Below, piece by piece: positions 20,855 through 32,753 of a DNA stretch of 64,000 nt (the first letter of the stretch is position 1; each line of letters starts with the position of its first letter). The stretch lies in IMG/VR virus record IMGVR_UViG_3300033463_000034; one strand, 5' to 3'. Made by a program: the position numbers and the translations under genes. Origin of the DNA: a virus (lineage: Duplodnaviria > Heunggongvirae > Uroviricota > Caudoviricetes). Below the pieces are notes generated by a model, which did no database searches, was not told the DNA's origin, and was given only the letters and a program-made list of their open reading frames with translations.

Positions 20855-23800
20855 ATGAATAAAAGATTTGAAGTTCATTCACATACATATTATAGTAATT
20901 TGCGTTTATTGGATTGTATTAATCGTCCTAAAGATTTAATAAATCGTGCGATTGAATTAGGATTATCTGGAATAGCCATTACAGATCATGAATGTATTAG
21001 TTCGCATCCAGAAATAAACTTTTATCAATCTGAAATAGAACAAGAACATCCTGATTTTAAAATAGCACTAGGGAATGAAATATATTTAACTGATGATAGA
21101 GAAAAAGGACAAAGATATTATCACTTTATTTTAATAGCAAAAAATAAAGAAGGTCATAGAGCATTAAGAGAATTATCTTCAAGAGCATGGATGAATAGTT
21201 ATTGGGATAGAGGTCTTGAAAGAGTACCAACATTAAAAAGTGATTTAGAAGAAATATTAAAAAAATATCCTAATAGTTTAATTGGAACAACAGCATGCTT
21301 AGGTGGAGAATTATCAGTTAATACATTAAATTTAATTAGAAGTGAAACAACAGGAGATGAAAATGGTGCGGTAACTGCACATAATAATATAGTAAATTTT
21401 TTATTATGGTGTAAAGAAGTATTTGGTAAAGACAATTTTTATATAGAATGTGCGCCAGGTGCTAGCCGCGATCAAGTGTTAGTTAATAAAAGATTTCCTG
21501 CTATTGCAAAAGCATTTGGATTAAAAATGGTAATAGGTTCAGATGCTCATTATCTTAAAAAAGAAGATAGATATGTTCATAAAGCATATCTTAATTCTAA
21601 AGGTGGAGAGCGTGAAGTAGATGAATTTTATGAATATGCATATCTACAAGATAATGAAGAAATAAAAAATAATTTATATGCATCTCAATTTAGTAATGAA
21701 TTTATAGAAGAAATGTTTAATAATAGTTATGAAATATATGAGAAAATAGAAAAATTTAGTTTGGCTCATGCACAAACAATTCCAAAAGTAGAAGTAGAAG
21801 ATTATCCAAAAATTAAAGTTGGAGAACTAGAAAAACAAGAATTTCCTATTTTATCTAGTATGTTAGAATCAGAAGATAAAATAGAAAGATATTGGGTTAA
21901 TCAATGCTTTAATAAATTAAAAGAAATTAATTTATATAATAATGAATATTGTCATAGATTAGAAGAAGAAGCTGATATAAAAAGAACAATTAGTGAAAAA
22001 TTAGGAACTAATATGTTTGCATATCCAGTAACATTACAACATTATGTTGATTTATTCTGGGAATGTGGTAGTATAGTTGGAGCAGGAAGAGGTTCAAGTT
22101 GTTCTGGTTTAAATCATTATCTTTTAGGTATAACTCAATTAGATCCTATTAAATGGAGTCTTCCTTTCTGGAGATATTTAAACAAAGAGCGTGTTGAATT
22201 AGGAGATATAGATTTAGATTTATGTCCAAGTAAACGTCCTAAAATTTTAAATGAAATAAAAAAAGAAAGAGGACAAAAATTTAATAAAGATATAGATGAA
22301 TTGAGTAGAAAAAATTTAGGTTGTACTTTAATAGCAACATTTGGAACAGAAGGAACAAGATCTACAATTTTAACTGCTTGCCGCGGATATAGAAGTGAAG
22401 ATTTTCCAGATGGTATTGATGTTGATACAGCTCAATATTTATCTTCATTAATTCCTAGTGAGCGTGGATTTTTATGACCACTATCTGATGTTATTAATGG
22501 AAATGAAGATAAAGAAAGAAAACCTATAAAAACTTTTATAAATGAAGTTAATCAATTTCCTGGATTATTAGATATAATGCTAGGAATAGAAGGTTTAGTA
22601 AATAAAAGAAGTAGTCATGCTTCAGGAGTTATATTATTTGATGAAGATCCATATGAGTTCGGTTCATTTATGAGAACTCCAAAAGGAGAAGTTATAACAG
22701 CATATGATCTTCATATGTGTGAAGCATGTGGTATGACAAAATATGACTTTTTAGTAACAGAAGTTCAAGATAAATTGGCGGAAGCAATTAGAATGTTACA
22801 AGATTATGGAGAAATTGAAAGTGATTTAACATTAAGAGAAGTATATGATAAATATTTTCATCCAAATGTTTTACCTATTGAAGAGGATAAATATTGGAAA
22901 GTTATTCAAGAAAATAATATATTAAATTTATTTCAATTTGATTCAGAAGTTGGTAGTCAAGCAGCTAAAAAAATTAAGCCAACAAATATGATGGAATTAG
23001 CAGATGCAAATGGTTTAATGAGATTAATGACTGCGGAAAAAGGTCAAGAATCTCCAATGGATAAATATATTAGATTTAAGAATAATATTAATTTATGGTA
23101 TAAAGAAATGGATGAATATGGTTTAACAAAAGAAGAACAAAAAGTATTAGAGCCATATTTTAAAAGTTCACATGGTGTTCCACCATCACAAGAACAATTA
23201 ATGAGAATGTTAATGGATGAAAATATTTGTAATTTTAGCTTAAAAGATGCAAACGCCGCGAGAAAAATTGTAGGTAAAAAACAAATGAGTAAGATCCCTG
23301 GATTAAGACAACAAGTATTAGATCAAGCTAAAAGTCCATGTTTAGGTAATTATGTTTGGAAATGTGGTATCGGTCCACAAATGGGTTATTCATTTAGTAT
23401 TATTCACGCTCTTGCATATAGTTTTATAGGTTTTCAAACTGCCTATATAGCAACAAAGTGGAATCCTATATATTGGAATACAGCATGTTTAATAGTAAAT
23501 AGCGGAAGTCTTGAAGAAGAAAGTGATTTTGAAGAAGATGAAGATGGATTTGTTGTAGAGAAAAAAGAAAAGACAACAGATTATAGTAAAATAGCAAAAG
23601 CATTAAGTGATATTATAAATAAAGGAATAAAAGTTAGTTTAGTAGATATAAATAAATCAGATTATAGTTTTGAACCAGATGTTGATAATAATGAAATATT
23701 ATTTGGAATGAAAGCATTAAGTAATGTAGGAGGTCCAATAATAGAACAAATTAAAGCTGGTCGTCCATATGCAGGAATTGCAGATTTTATGGTTAAATGT

Positions 23801-24808
23801 CCATTAAATAAAAGTGCAATGATAAGTTTAATTAAAGCGGGGGCTTTTGATAAAATAGATAATAAAAATGCGAAAGAAGCAAATGTTGAACCTAGATTAT
23901 GGGTTATGACATATTATTTATCTAAAGTGTGTGATGCAAAAAAAAGATTAACTTTACAAAATTTTAATGGTTTATTACAACATAATTTAATTCCTGAAGA
24001 ATTAGATTTACAAAAAAGAGTATTTAATTTTAATAAATATTTAAAAGCAAATCAAAAAGTAGGAAAATATTATGTATTTAATCAACCTTGTGAAGATTTT
24101 TATAATAAATATTTTGATTTAGATCAGTTAGAAGTAATAAATGGTATTACATGTATTCTTCAAACAAGATGGGATAAAATATATCAAGATATAATGGGAA
24201 CAGCTAGAGATTATTTACAAGTACATCAAGATGAAATGTTAAAGAAATTTAATACAATGTTATTTAAAGAATGTTGGGATAAATATGCACAAGGAAATAT
24301 TTCTGCGTGGGAAATGGAATCTTTATGTTTTTATTATCATGAACATGAATTAGCTCATATTAATAATTTAAAATATGGATTAACAAATTTCTTTGATTTA
24401 TCTCCATCTCCAGAAATTGATACAATGTTTAAAAGAAATGGTAAAGAAATTCCTATATTTAAAACTTTTAAAATAGTTGGAACAGTTATTAATAAAAATG
24501 ATAATAAAAATAGTATAACTTTATTAACAACAAATGGTATTGTTATTGTTAAATTTACAAAAGAATATTTTGCAATGTTTAATAGACAATTAAGTGAAAT
24601 GGGAGAAGATGGAACTAAACATGTTATTGAAAAAGGTTGGTTTACAAGAGGAACTAAAGTAATGATAACAGGTTTTAGAAGAGATGATACTTTTGTAGCA
24701 AAAACTTATACACGAACAGCAACTCATCAATTATATAAAATAGAAAAAGTATTTGAAAATGGAGATATGGAATTAACTCATGAAAGAGGAAATAATAATG
24801 AAGAATAG
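20855..24808 (+). CDS. DNA polymerase III alpha-family replicative polymerase (PHP domain plus pol core plus OB), about 1317 aa; in-frame TGA at 22478
   Basis: RBS AGAGGAGGA upstream. PHP motif HSHTYYS...ITDHE. The two track ORFs are in the same frame and joined by TGA. Confidence 0.75.
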
Positions 24809-24845
24809 CGGCGGATCCAGTTCTATAGAATCTTTAGACACGGTC

Positions 24846-24859
24846 CTCCGCAAGGAGGT
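24846..24859 (+). promoter_or_regulatory. hairpin cctccgcaaggagg that sequesters the Shine-Dalgarno sequence
   Basis: Stem CCTCC/GGAGG with loop GCAA. The 3' arm is the AGGAGG RBS for ATG 24865. Confidence 0.4.
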
Positions 24860-24864
24860 TTAAA

Positions 24865-25131
24865 ATGAAAAAAATAATAGAGCATGGATATAAATATCAT
24901 ATGGAAACTAAATGTCCTTCATGTGGTTGTAAATTTTCGTATGATTGGGAAGATGTATTAAAAACTGATTTATATCATTATGGATACAATGGTTATTATA
25001 CTTACCCAAATTATAAAATTACTTGCCCAGAATGTGGAGCTGAATTTCAAATATTAAATTGGACTTTTAATTATCCTAGTGATACAATTACCTGTATTCA
25101 TACTTCAGGAGATACAAAAAATGAAAATTAA
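24865..25131 (+). CDS. zinc-ribbon protein
   Basis: CPSCGC...CPECG pairs. Confidence 0.45.
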   Translation: MKKIIEHGYKYHMETKCPSCGCKFSYDWEDVLKTDLYHYGYNGYYTYPNYKITCPECGAEFQILNWTFNYPSDTITCIHTSGDTKNEN

Positions 25132-25678
25132 AATTATAGCATTATTTGGGGCAAGTGGTAGCGGAAAAGATACATTATCAAAAATTTTAGCAAAGCAAGA
25201 TAATATAAACGAAATAATTAGTAATACAACAAGACCTAAAAGAGATTATGAACAAGATGGAATAGATTATCATTTTTTAACCGAAGCAGAATTTACTAAA
25301 AAAATATTAAAAGGGGATATGTTAGAAGCAACTAGTTTCCGCAACTGATTCTATGGAACTTCTATTGATTCATTAAAAGAAGATAAAATAAATGTTGGAG
25401 TATTTAATATTCAAGGAATTGAATGTCTTTTAAAAGATGAAAGATTAGAAGTGTATCCAATTTTAATTGCTTGTGAAGATAAACTTCGTTTACAAAGATG
25501 TTTAGATAGAGAAGCAAATCCAGATTGTGAAGAGATTTGTCGCAGATTCTTAGCAGATTTAAAAGATTTTGAAGATATACCTTTTGAATATAATATACAT
25601 TATAATGGAGCAAAAGTAGAGCCATCATGGATTATTCAAGATCTTATCGACTTAAATATACTCAACAAGATAGATTAA
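25121..25678 (+). CDS. gmk: guanylate kinase-like nucleoside monophosphate kinase (1 in-frame TGA)
   Basis: P-loop GASGSGKDT and signature TTRPKRDYEQDGIDYHFLTEAEF. Continues across the TGA at 25346. Confidence 0.65.
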
Positions 25679-25757
25679 TTTATATAAGCTAAAAATAAAA
25701 TAATATAGAGGGTAATTTTAACCACTCGAAATAATTTATATACTGAGGAGGTTGACT

Positions 25758-28010
25758 ATGAAAGTCATAAAACGTGACGGTCGTATTGTAGAATTCGATC
25801 CTACTAAAATCCATAACGCAATTTTAGCAGCTTTTCAAAGTGTTGATGGAGAAATTACTGATTATGCAAAAGATAAAGCTGAAAATATAGCAAGTTATAT
25901 TGAAGGATATTATTTAGATGTTGATGAAACACCTGGGATAGAAGATATCCAAGATTTAGTTGAAAAAGGATTAATGGCAACTAAAAGAAAAGATGTAGCT
26001 AAAGCTTATATATTATATAGAGAAGAAAGAAATAAAAAAAGACAATTAAAAACTTCTTTAATGCAAAATGTAAAAGAAAAAATTGAAGCTTCAGATGTAC
26101 AAAATCAAAATGCTAATGTTGATGAATATTCATTTGGTGGAAGAATGGGTGAAGCCCGCAGTGAAGTAATGAAAGATTATGCACTTAATTATATTGTATC
26201 TGATATGGCTAAACAAAATCATTTAAATAATGAAGTATATATCCATGATTTAGATTCATATGCTGTTGGTATGCATAACTGTTTAACCGTACCTTTTGAT
26301 CATTTATTATCACATGGTTTTAATACTAGACAAACAGATGTTCGTCCAGCTCGTTCAATTAATACTGCATTTCAACTAGTAGCAGTTATATTCCAATTAC
26401 AATCACTTCAACAATTTGGTGGAGTTAGTGCAAGTCATTTAGATTGGACTATGGTACCATATGTTCGTATGAGTTTTTATAAACATTTTCAAGATGGTTT
26501 AAAATATATTTCACCAGATCCATATTATAGTGGAGATGATTTTAATAGTGATATGTCTATTGAAGATGAGCAATATAAGAAATATCCAAAAGCATATAAA
26601 TATGCAATGGATATGACTGAAAAAGAATTAAATCAAGCTGTTCAAGGTATGTACCATAACTTAAATACATTACAATCTAGAAGCGGAAATCAATTACCTT
26701 TTACTTCAATTAATTATGGTACTTGTACTTTACCAGAAGGTAGAATGGTTACAAAAGCATTATTAGAAGGTAGTATTGAAGGTGTTGGTAAAGTTAGAAA
26801 AACTCCAATATTCCCATGTAGTATATTCCAATGTATGAATGGTGTTAATCGTAAACATGGAGATCCAAACTATGATTTATTTAAATTAGCACTTAAATCA
26901 ACAGCTCAAAGATTATATCCAAACTATGTTAATGTAGATTGGTCTGTAAATGCGGGTTATGATAAAAACGACCCTAAAACATATGTTTCTACAATGGGAT
27001 GTCGTACATATAATGGAGCAGATATAAATGCTGAACCTGGAACTAATCCACAAACTAAAGATGGCCGCGGAAATATTTGCCCTGTTACAGTTATTATGCC
27101 TACTTTAGCAATGGAAGCTAAAAAATTAGCTGATGAAGAGTATGAAGCTACAGGTCAAGCTGATATTATTGATGCTTTTATGTCTTTGTTAGATAAAAAA
27201 ATTCATGAAGCAAAAGATATGCTTATTGAAAGATATAATTATATTATCAGCCAAAGTCCTAATGGAGCAAAATTTATGTATGAAAATGGTTGTATATTAG
27301 GTTATGATGGTAAAACAGTAGAAAGTGCTATGAAACATGGAACATTAGCTCTTGGTCAAATAGGTCTTGCAGAAACACTTCAAATATTAATTGATAAAGA
27401 TCACACAACACCTGAAGGTATGGAATTAGCAAAAAAAATAGAACAATTATTTAAAGATAGATGTGCTGAATTTAAAAAAGAATATAAATTAAATATTGGT
27501 GTATATTATACTCCAGCTGAAAATTTATGTTATACAGCTATGAAAAAATTTAAAAACAAATATGGAATAATTCCTAATGTAAGTGATAGAGATTACTTCA
27601 CTAATTCAATTCATGTTCCAGTTTGAAAAGAAATGAGTCCTTTTGATAAAATAGATATTGAAAGTCAATTAACTGGATATAGTAATGCAGGATGTATTAC
27701 TTATGTTGAATTAGATGGCGGAGTTAAAAATAATTTAGATGCATTAGAAACAATTGTAAATTATGCTATTGATAAAGATATACCTTATTTTGCAATTAAT
27801 GTTCCAAATGATACCTGTTTAGATTGTGGATATACAGATGAATTTAATGATAATTGTCCAATGTGTGGAGGTACACATATTCAACAATTGCGTAGAGTAA
27901 CAGGATATTTAACTGGAGATTATAAAACTGCTTTCAATAAAGGAAAACAACAAGAAACTGAACAAAGAATAAAACATCAAAAATTTAATGGAGATTGTTC
28001 TCATGATTAG
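25758..28010 (+). CDS. nrdD: anaerobic ribonucleoside-triphosphate reductase (class III); in-frame TGA at 27627
   Basis: RBS GAGGAGG upstream. ATP cone at the N-terminus. C-terminal glycyl-radical motif RRVTGYL with a Cys cluster CLDCG...CPMCG. Confidence 0.8.
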
Positions 28011-28500
28011 AATAGCAGGAATTAATGAAAATGATATGGTGAATGGAGAAGGAGTAAGTGTTAGTTTATTTCTCCAAGGATGTCCATTTCATTGTAAAGG
28101 ATGTCATAATCCAGAAACATGAGATCCTGAAGGCGGCAATGCCTGATTTGAAGAGAATTTAATTAAACATATTAAAGAACTAATTGCCGCAAATGGAATA
28201 CAAAGAAATTTAAGTATTTTAGGTGGCGAACCATTAGACACTCCTGATAAATTAAATTTTCTTGAAAAATTAATATTTTCAGTAAAAAATAAATATCCTA
28301 ATATAATAATTTGTTTATGAACAGGTTATAATTATGAATATTTACAAACAAGATGAGATATGAATTTTATATTAAATAATATAGATTATTTGATAGACGG
28401 TCCTTTTAAAATAAAAGAACGCGATATAACTTTAAAATGACGCGGCAGCCGCAATCAAAGAATAATAGATTTAAAAAAGGGACTAATTATTCAAAATTAG
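28003..28500 (+). CDS. nrdG: anaerobic RNR activating enzyme (radical SAM); 5 in-frame TGA
   Basis: CPFHCKGCHNPETW aligns with E. coli NrdG CPGCYNKSTW. ICLWTGY aligns with DIWVWTGY and LKWRGS with LIWRGS. The TGA codons fall on conserved Trp positions. Confidence 0.8.
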
Positions 28501-28512
28501 TCCTTTTATTTT
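28468..28512 (+). terminator. intrinsic terminator
   Basis: Stem gggactaat/attagtcc followed by ttttatttttt. Confidence 0.6.
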
Positions 28513-28541
28513 TTATATATATCAAAGAGAGTGTGATATCT

Positions 28542-29006
28542 ATGCGTACAGTAGTAAATGAAATGATAAAAGATTATGATTTAAAAAAATGAAATTGTGA
28601 TTTTATGGGCTATACTTTTGATACTATTAAAGATTTAAGTTTTCATCATTTAATCATTCCTAAAAGAGATAGTAAAAAAAATGGTATTGGTGAAGGTTAT
28701 GTATCTTGAAATGGTGCTATTTTAAATAGAGATACTTCACATCCTTATTTACATACAATAGAAAGAATTGATAGAAATTTATTTTTAAAAATTACACAAG
28801 AAATGGTAGAAGAAAATATAAATAAAAAATTGACAAAAGAAAATTTAGAAAATATTAGAGATATGCTATTATGATTTGAAAGTAAGTATGAAGATACTAT
28901 AACTTCACATGAAAAATTAATTGTAAAACCTGAATTTAAAACAAAAAGATTAGTTTTATCTATTGATGAAGAATGAAATTGAAAAAATAAAAAATATAAA
29001 TTATAA
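28542..29006 (+). CDS. putative HNH-family endonuclease (at least 6 in-frame TGA)
   Basis: SFHHLIIPKRDSKKNG....N.AILNRDTSHPYLH resembles an HNH core. Very dense in TGA. Confidence 0.35.
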
Positions 29007-29007
29007 T
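28979..29007 (+). promoter_or_regulatory. promoter TTGAAA-17-TATAAT
   Basis: Hexamers at 28979-28984 and 29002-29007. Confidence 0.45.
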
Positions 29008-29039
29008 ATTTATATATAAAAGAAAGAAGGTAATAATAT

Positions 29040-29498
29040 ATGATAAGACCAATTTTTAAATATCCACAAGATAAAGATATATTAACAAAAGAAAGTTATA
29101 AGGTAGAAGTTCCTTACACAGAAGAAATAAAACAAACTATTGAAGATTTAGTGGATACATTAAAATCATCAAATGGAGTAGGTATTTCCGCAATTCAAAT
29201 AGGAAAGCCATACTGTATTTGTGCTATTAATTGGAATGGAATTCATGTATTAGTTAATCCAGAAATAACAAGAGTTAGGGGTGAACATACTATGAGAGAA
29301 GGATGTTTGTCTGTTCCTGGATTATTTATAGATACAACTAGATATCAAAAAGTATGGATCAAAGCATTAAATGAAAACGAACAAGAAATAGAATATGCTG
29401 AAGGCGGAAATGGCAGTTATATAGCTCAACATGAATTAGATCATTTTAAAGGTAAATGTAATTTATTTGATGCTTATGATAATTTAAAAGAAGAATAA
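29040..29498 (+). CDS. def: peptide deformylase
   Basis: GVGISAIQIG, EGCLSVPG and QHELDHFKG correspond to the three PDF motifs. Confidence 0.75.
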   Translation: MIRPIFKYPQDKDILTKESYKVEVPYTEEIKQTIEDLVDTLKSSNGVGISAIQIGKPYCICAINWNGIHVLVNPEITRVRGEHTMREGCLSVPGLFIDTTRYQKVWIKALNENEQEIEYAEGGNGSYIAQHELDHFKGKCNLFDAYDNLKEE

Positions 29499-29519
29499 AA
29501 AGAAAGAAGGGAGAATAAT

Positions 29520-29681
29520 ATGAATATAAGTACTTTAAGTGCATTTAATTGAGGATTAATCATAGGTTTTATTATATGTTTTATTCTCCCATTTTTTATA
29601 GATATAGATGATGAAGATGATGAGGAGGATAATTTCAATGAAATTCCTAAAAAAAATCAAGAAAAACACAACAAAAAATAA
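29520..29681 (+). CDS. small membrane protein with acidic tail (1 in-frame TGA)
   Basis: RBS AAGGGAGAA upstream. TM segment GLIIGFIICFILPFF followed by DDEDDEED. Confidence 0.35.
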
Positions 29682-30063
29682 TAAAGTTGAAATAGGAACT
29701 TTATATGATATAAATAAAAATTTAATAGAAAAAAATATTAAAGATTTAACCATAGAAGAAATAAATAATAAAAAAGAATTATTTGAAGAATATATTGAAA
29801 AAACACAAAATGAATATTATATGTTATTATGTAATGATAGAAAAGATTATACTATATTTAGAAGAACTGGAATAGGATCTGAAGATAGTATAGGATGTTG
29901 TTTAATAGATATATTACTTAATGAATGCTTGCCTAATCGTGGTAATACAAAATCTATAGAATTAACAGAAAATAAAGATGCTATTGAAATATGGATTTCA
30001 ATTGATGGAGAAAGTTATTGTTATTATTTCTTCCCATATGATACAGCAATTATAGAATGCTAA
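29638..30063 (+). CDS. hypothetical protein
   Basis: RBS GAGGAGGA upstream. Overlaps the previous small ORF in another frame. Confidence 0.4.
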   Translation: MKFLKKIKKNTTKNNKVEIGTLYDINKNLIEKNIKDLTIEEINNKKELFEEYIEKTQNEYYMLLCNDRKDYTIFRRTGIGSEDSIGCCLIDILLNECLPNRGNTKSIELTENKDAIEIWISIDGESYCYYFFPYDTAIIEC

Positions 30064-30074
30064 GGAGGTGCAAA

Positions 30075-30341
30075 ATGAAAATTATAGTAAATTTAAAAGG
30101 CTTTACTTTAGCATATCAAGTCATGTTTATAGATGATCAAGAACATGTTACTATTACAAAATCTACTTTAAAAAATATTCCTGAGGTAGTAAGTGAATTG
30201 GCAAATAAATATAATTGTAATAATGTTTTAATTTATGGAAATAAAACATTTGCAAAAAATATTGGTGATAATATAAAAAATACTTTTTCTGCTAAATTTA
30301 GAGAAAAAGAAATGTTAAATGTAGAAATATATACAAAATAA
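30075..30341 (+). CDS. hypothetical protein
   Basis: RBS AAGGAGGTG upstream. Confidence 0.45.
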   Translation: MKIIVNLKGFTLAYQVMFIDDQEHVTITKSTLKNIPEVVSELANKYNCNNVLIYGNKTFAKNIGDNIKNTFSAKFREKEMLNVEIYTK

Positions 30342-30370
30342 TAAAAGTATATATTTCTACTTTTTTTTAT
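30322..30370 (+). terminator. intrinsic terminator
   Basis: Stem gtagaaatatatac/gtatatatttctac followed by a T8 run. Confidence 0.55.
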
Positions 30371-30374
30371 TTGT

Positions 30375-30403
30375 TTGAAAATATTAAAAAAATATATTAT
30401 AAT
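30375..30403 (+). promoter_or_regulatory. promoter TTGAAA-17-TATAAT
   Basis: Hexamers at 30375-30380 and 30398-30403. Confidence 0.5.
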
Positions 30404-30431
30404 ATAATTAAATAAAGGAGGAAATATAATA

Positions 30432-30683
30432 ATGAGATATTTAATTGAAGTTACAGAAAATTATAGAGTAGATAATGAAGCAGAAGCAAAAACTTTAATT
30501 GAAGAAGCTAAAGCTGGAAATAATTATATTGTTAAAAAATACTCTTCTCAATATAAAGAAAGAAAACAAAAGGGAGAAGTTGTAGATGCTTGGTATAAAG
30601 TTGTTTTAGTAAAAAGTTTTACAAGTGAAAAAGAACCTGATGCTCAAATTGAAATAGAATATAAAGAAGGAAGTGCTTTTTAA
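30432..30683 (+). CDS. hypothetical protein
   Basis: RBS AAAGGAGGAA upstream. Confidence 0.45.
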   Translation: MRYLIEVTENYRVDNEAEAKTLIEEAKAGNNYIVKKYSSQYKERKQKGEVVDAWYKVVLVKSFTSEKEPDAQIEIEYKEGSAF

Positions 30684-30685
30684 TT

Positions 30686-31156
30686 ATGTTTGGAATAGAT
30701 ATATTAGGAAGATATGAAACTAAATTTATTAAATATAAAAAATTAAATGAATTAGCAATAGAACCAACTAGAGGAAGTGCTACAGCAGCTGGCTACGATC
30801 TTTATGCTGCGATTAGCGATCCTGTAAAGATTCCCGCACATTCAACAGTAAAGATAGGAACAGGATTAGCTTTTGCATTACCTAATAACACTTTCGCAGC
30901 AATATTTGCTAGAAGCGGATTAGCTACTAAAGAAGGATTAAGACCAGCAAATTGTGTTGGAGTATGTGATAGTGATTATCGTGGAGAATATATAGTAGCA
31001 TTACATAACGATACAGATAGTGAAAAATTTATTAATCCAGGTGAAAGGATTGCTCAAATGATTTTAATACCATATATTCCAATGATATTTGAAGAAGTAG
31101 AAGAACTTTCAGATACTAATCGTGGTAATGGAGGATTTGGAAGCACAGGAAAATAA
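30686..31156 (+). CDS. dut: dUTP diphosphatase
   Basis: dUTPase motifs GSATAAGYDLYA, RSGLA, GVCDSDYRGE and the C-terminal GGFGSTG. Confidence 0.8.
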   Translation: MFGIDILGRYETKFIKYKKLNELAIEPTRGSATAAGYDLYAAISDPVKIPAHSTVKIGTGLAFALPNNTFAAIFARSGLATKEGLRPANCVGVCDSDYRGEYIVALHNDTDSEKFINPGERIAQMILIPYIPMIFEEVEELSDTNRGNGGFGSTGK

Positions 31157-31178
31157 TATATAAGAAAGGGGTTTTATT

Positions 31179-31265
31179 ATGTTATTAAATATTTTATGTT
31201 TTTTAGGTGGTACTATTACAGGTGCTATTCTTATGGCAGCAATTGCCGCAGGTAAAGAAAGATAA
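31179..31265 (+). CDS. small membrane peptide
   Basis: 28 aa hydrophobic peptide MLLNILCFLGGTITGAILMAAIAAGKER. Confidence 0.3.
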   Translation: MLLNILCFLGGTITGAILMAAIAAGKER

Positions 31266-31286
31266 AAAAAGAAAGGGAAAATTTTT

Positions 31287-32738
31287 ATGGATTTAATTTT
31301 ATTATTTAGTATTATAGGAGGAATACTTTTATTAATTATATTGTTAACATCAAGTTATGTTAAATGCCCTCCTGATATGGTATTTATTATTTCAGGTTTA
31401 AGAAAAAAACCTAGAGTTATTATTGGAAAAGCTACTCTTAGAATTCCATTCTTTGAAAGAGTAGATAAATTAACCTTAGAGTTAATACAAATTGATGTTC
31501 AAGCTCATAATGTTCCAACATCTGATTTTATTAATGTAGATGTTGATGCTGTTGCAAATGTAAGAATTCCAAATAATCCAGATTTAATTCAAGTTGCAGC
31601 AAGACATTTTTTAAATCAAACTTCTAAATATATTGCAGATAATGTACAACAAGTACTTGAAGGAAATATGCGTGAAATTATAGGACAAATGAATTTAGTT
31701 GCTCTTGTAAATGATAAACAATTATTTTCTCAAAAGATACAAGAAAATGCAAGTGATGATATAAAAAATATAGGATTGGAAATTGTTAATTTAAATGTTC
31801 AAAGTTGTACTGATGATAATCAAGCTATTGAAAATTTAGGAATTGATAATTTAGTTAAGATACAAAAGGCAGCTAAAATTGCAAAAGCTCAAGCTGAAAA
31901 AGAAATTAAAGTTGCGGAAGCAGCCGCTGACGAAGAAGGAGCTCGAGCTCGTGCAGAAGCAGATGCTAAAATAGCTGAACAACAAAAAAATTTACAACTT
32001 AAAAAAGCAGAATATAAAATCGAACAAGATAAAAAGAAAGCTGATGCAGATGCCGCATATGAAATACAAAAGGCAGTTCAACAAAAAACAATTAATGAAA
32101 ATAATGTAGAAGCAGAAGTTGCTAAAACTGAAAAGTTAACCGCTTTAAAACAAAAAGAAGTTGCTTTAAAAGAACAAACTTTGGAAGCAGAAATTAAAAA
32201 GCAAGCTGATGCTGAAAGATATGCTGCGGAAATTCAAGCTGAAGTTGATAAAACTCGTGCTATTAAAGCCGCTGAAGCTGAAGCTCAAGCAAGAATAGCT
32301 CGTGCTGAAGCTGAAAAAGAAGCTAATGTAAAAGAGGCAGAAGGTATTCGTGCAAAATTACAAGCTGAAGCTGATGGTAAAAAAGCCATATTACTTGCTG
32401 AAGCAGAAGGTGTTCGTGCCAAAGCATTAGCTGAAGCTGAAGGTATTGAAAAGAAAGCAGAAGCTCAAAAGAAAATGGGTGAAGCATCTATCGTTGAAAT
32501 GATTATGAATGCATTACCACAAGTAGCTAAAGAAGTATCTGCTCCATTAGCAAATGTAGATAATATTACAATGTATGGCGACCAATCAACTAAACTTATT
32601 GAAAATAATACTCAAAAAATAGATCAAGTATTAAAAGTGGCTCAAGATAGTTTAGGACTTGACCTTAAGAGTCTTATAGCAGGGTTTGCCGCAAACAAAA
32701 TATTAGACAATAAAAAACCTGGAGACTTAGACAAATAA
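31287..32738 (+). CDS. SPFH/band-7 flotillin-like protein with long Ala/Glu-rich coiled coil
   Basis: N-terminal TM, SPFH domain, then about 200 aa of AEAEA-type repeats as in FloT/YqiK flotillins. Confidence 0.65.
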   Translation: MDLILLFSIIGGILLLIILLTSSYVKCPPDMVFIISGLRKKPRVIIGKATLRIPFFERVDKLTLELIQIDVQAHNVPTSDFINVDVDAVANVRIPNNPDLIQVAARHFLNQTSKYIADNVQQVLEGNMREIIGQMNLVALVNDKQLFSQKIQENASDDIKNIGLEIVNLNVQSCTDDNQAIENLGIDNLVKIQKAAKIAKAQAEKEIKVAEAAADEEGARARAEADAKIAEQQKNLQLKKAEYKIEQDKKKADADAAYEIQKAVQQKTINENNVEAEVAKTEKLTALKQKEVALKEQTLEAEIKKQADAERYAAEIQAEVDKTRAIKAAEAEAQARIARAEAEKEANVKEAEGIRAKLQAEADGKKAILLAEAEGVRAKALAEAEGIEKKAEAQKKMGEASIVEMIMNALPQVAKEVSAPLANVDNITMYGDQSTKLIENNTQKIDQVLKVAQDSLGLDLKSLIAGFAANKILDNKKPGDLDK

Positions 32739-32753
32739 TCTAAGTCTTTTTTG
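32722..32753 (+). terminator. intrinsic terminator
   Basis: Stem agacttag/ctaagtct followed by a T6 run. Confidence 0.55.

Noticed and set aside
16497-28010. Treating TGA as stop, which splits RecJ-like, PolIII-alpha, NrdD, primase and other genes into separate ORFs
   Set aside because: Adjacent fragments are in the same frame and together reconstitute single conserved domains. In NrdG the TGA codons align to Trp conserved with E. coli NrdG.
27998-28500. Genetic code 25 (TGA=Gly; Gracilibacteria or Absconditabacteria phage)
   Set aside because: The NrdG TGA positions correspond to invariant Trp in E. coli NrdG (..STW, ..WTGY, ..WRGS), not Gly.
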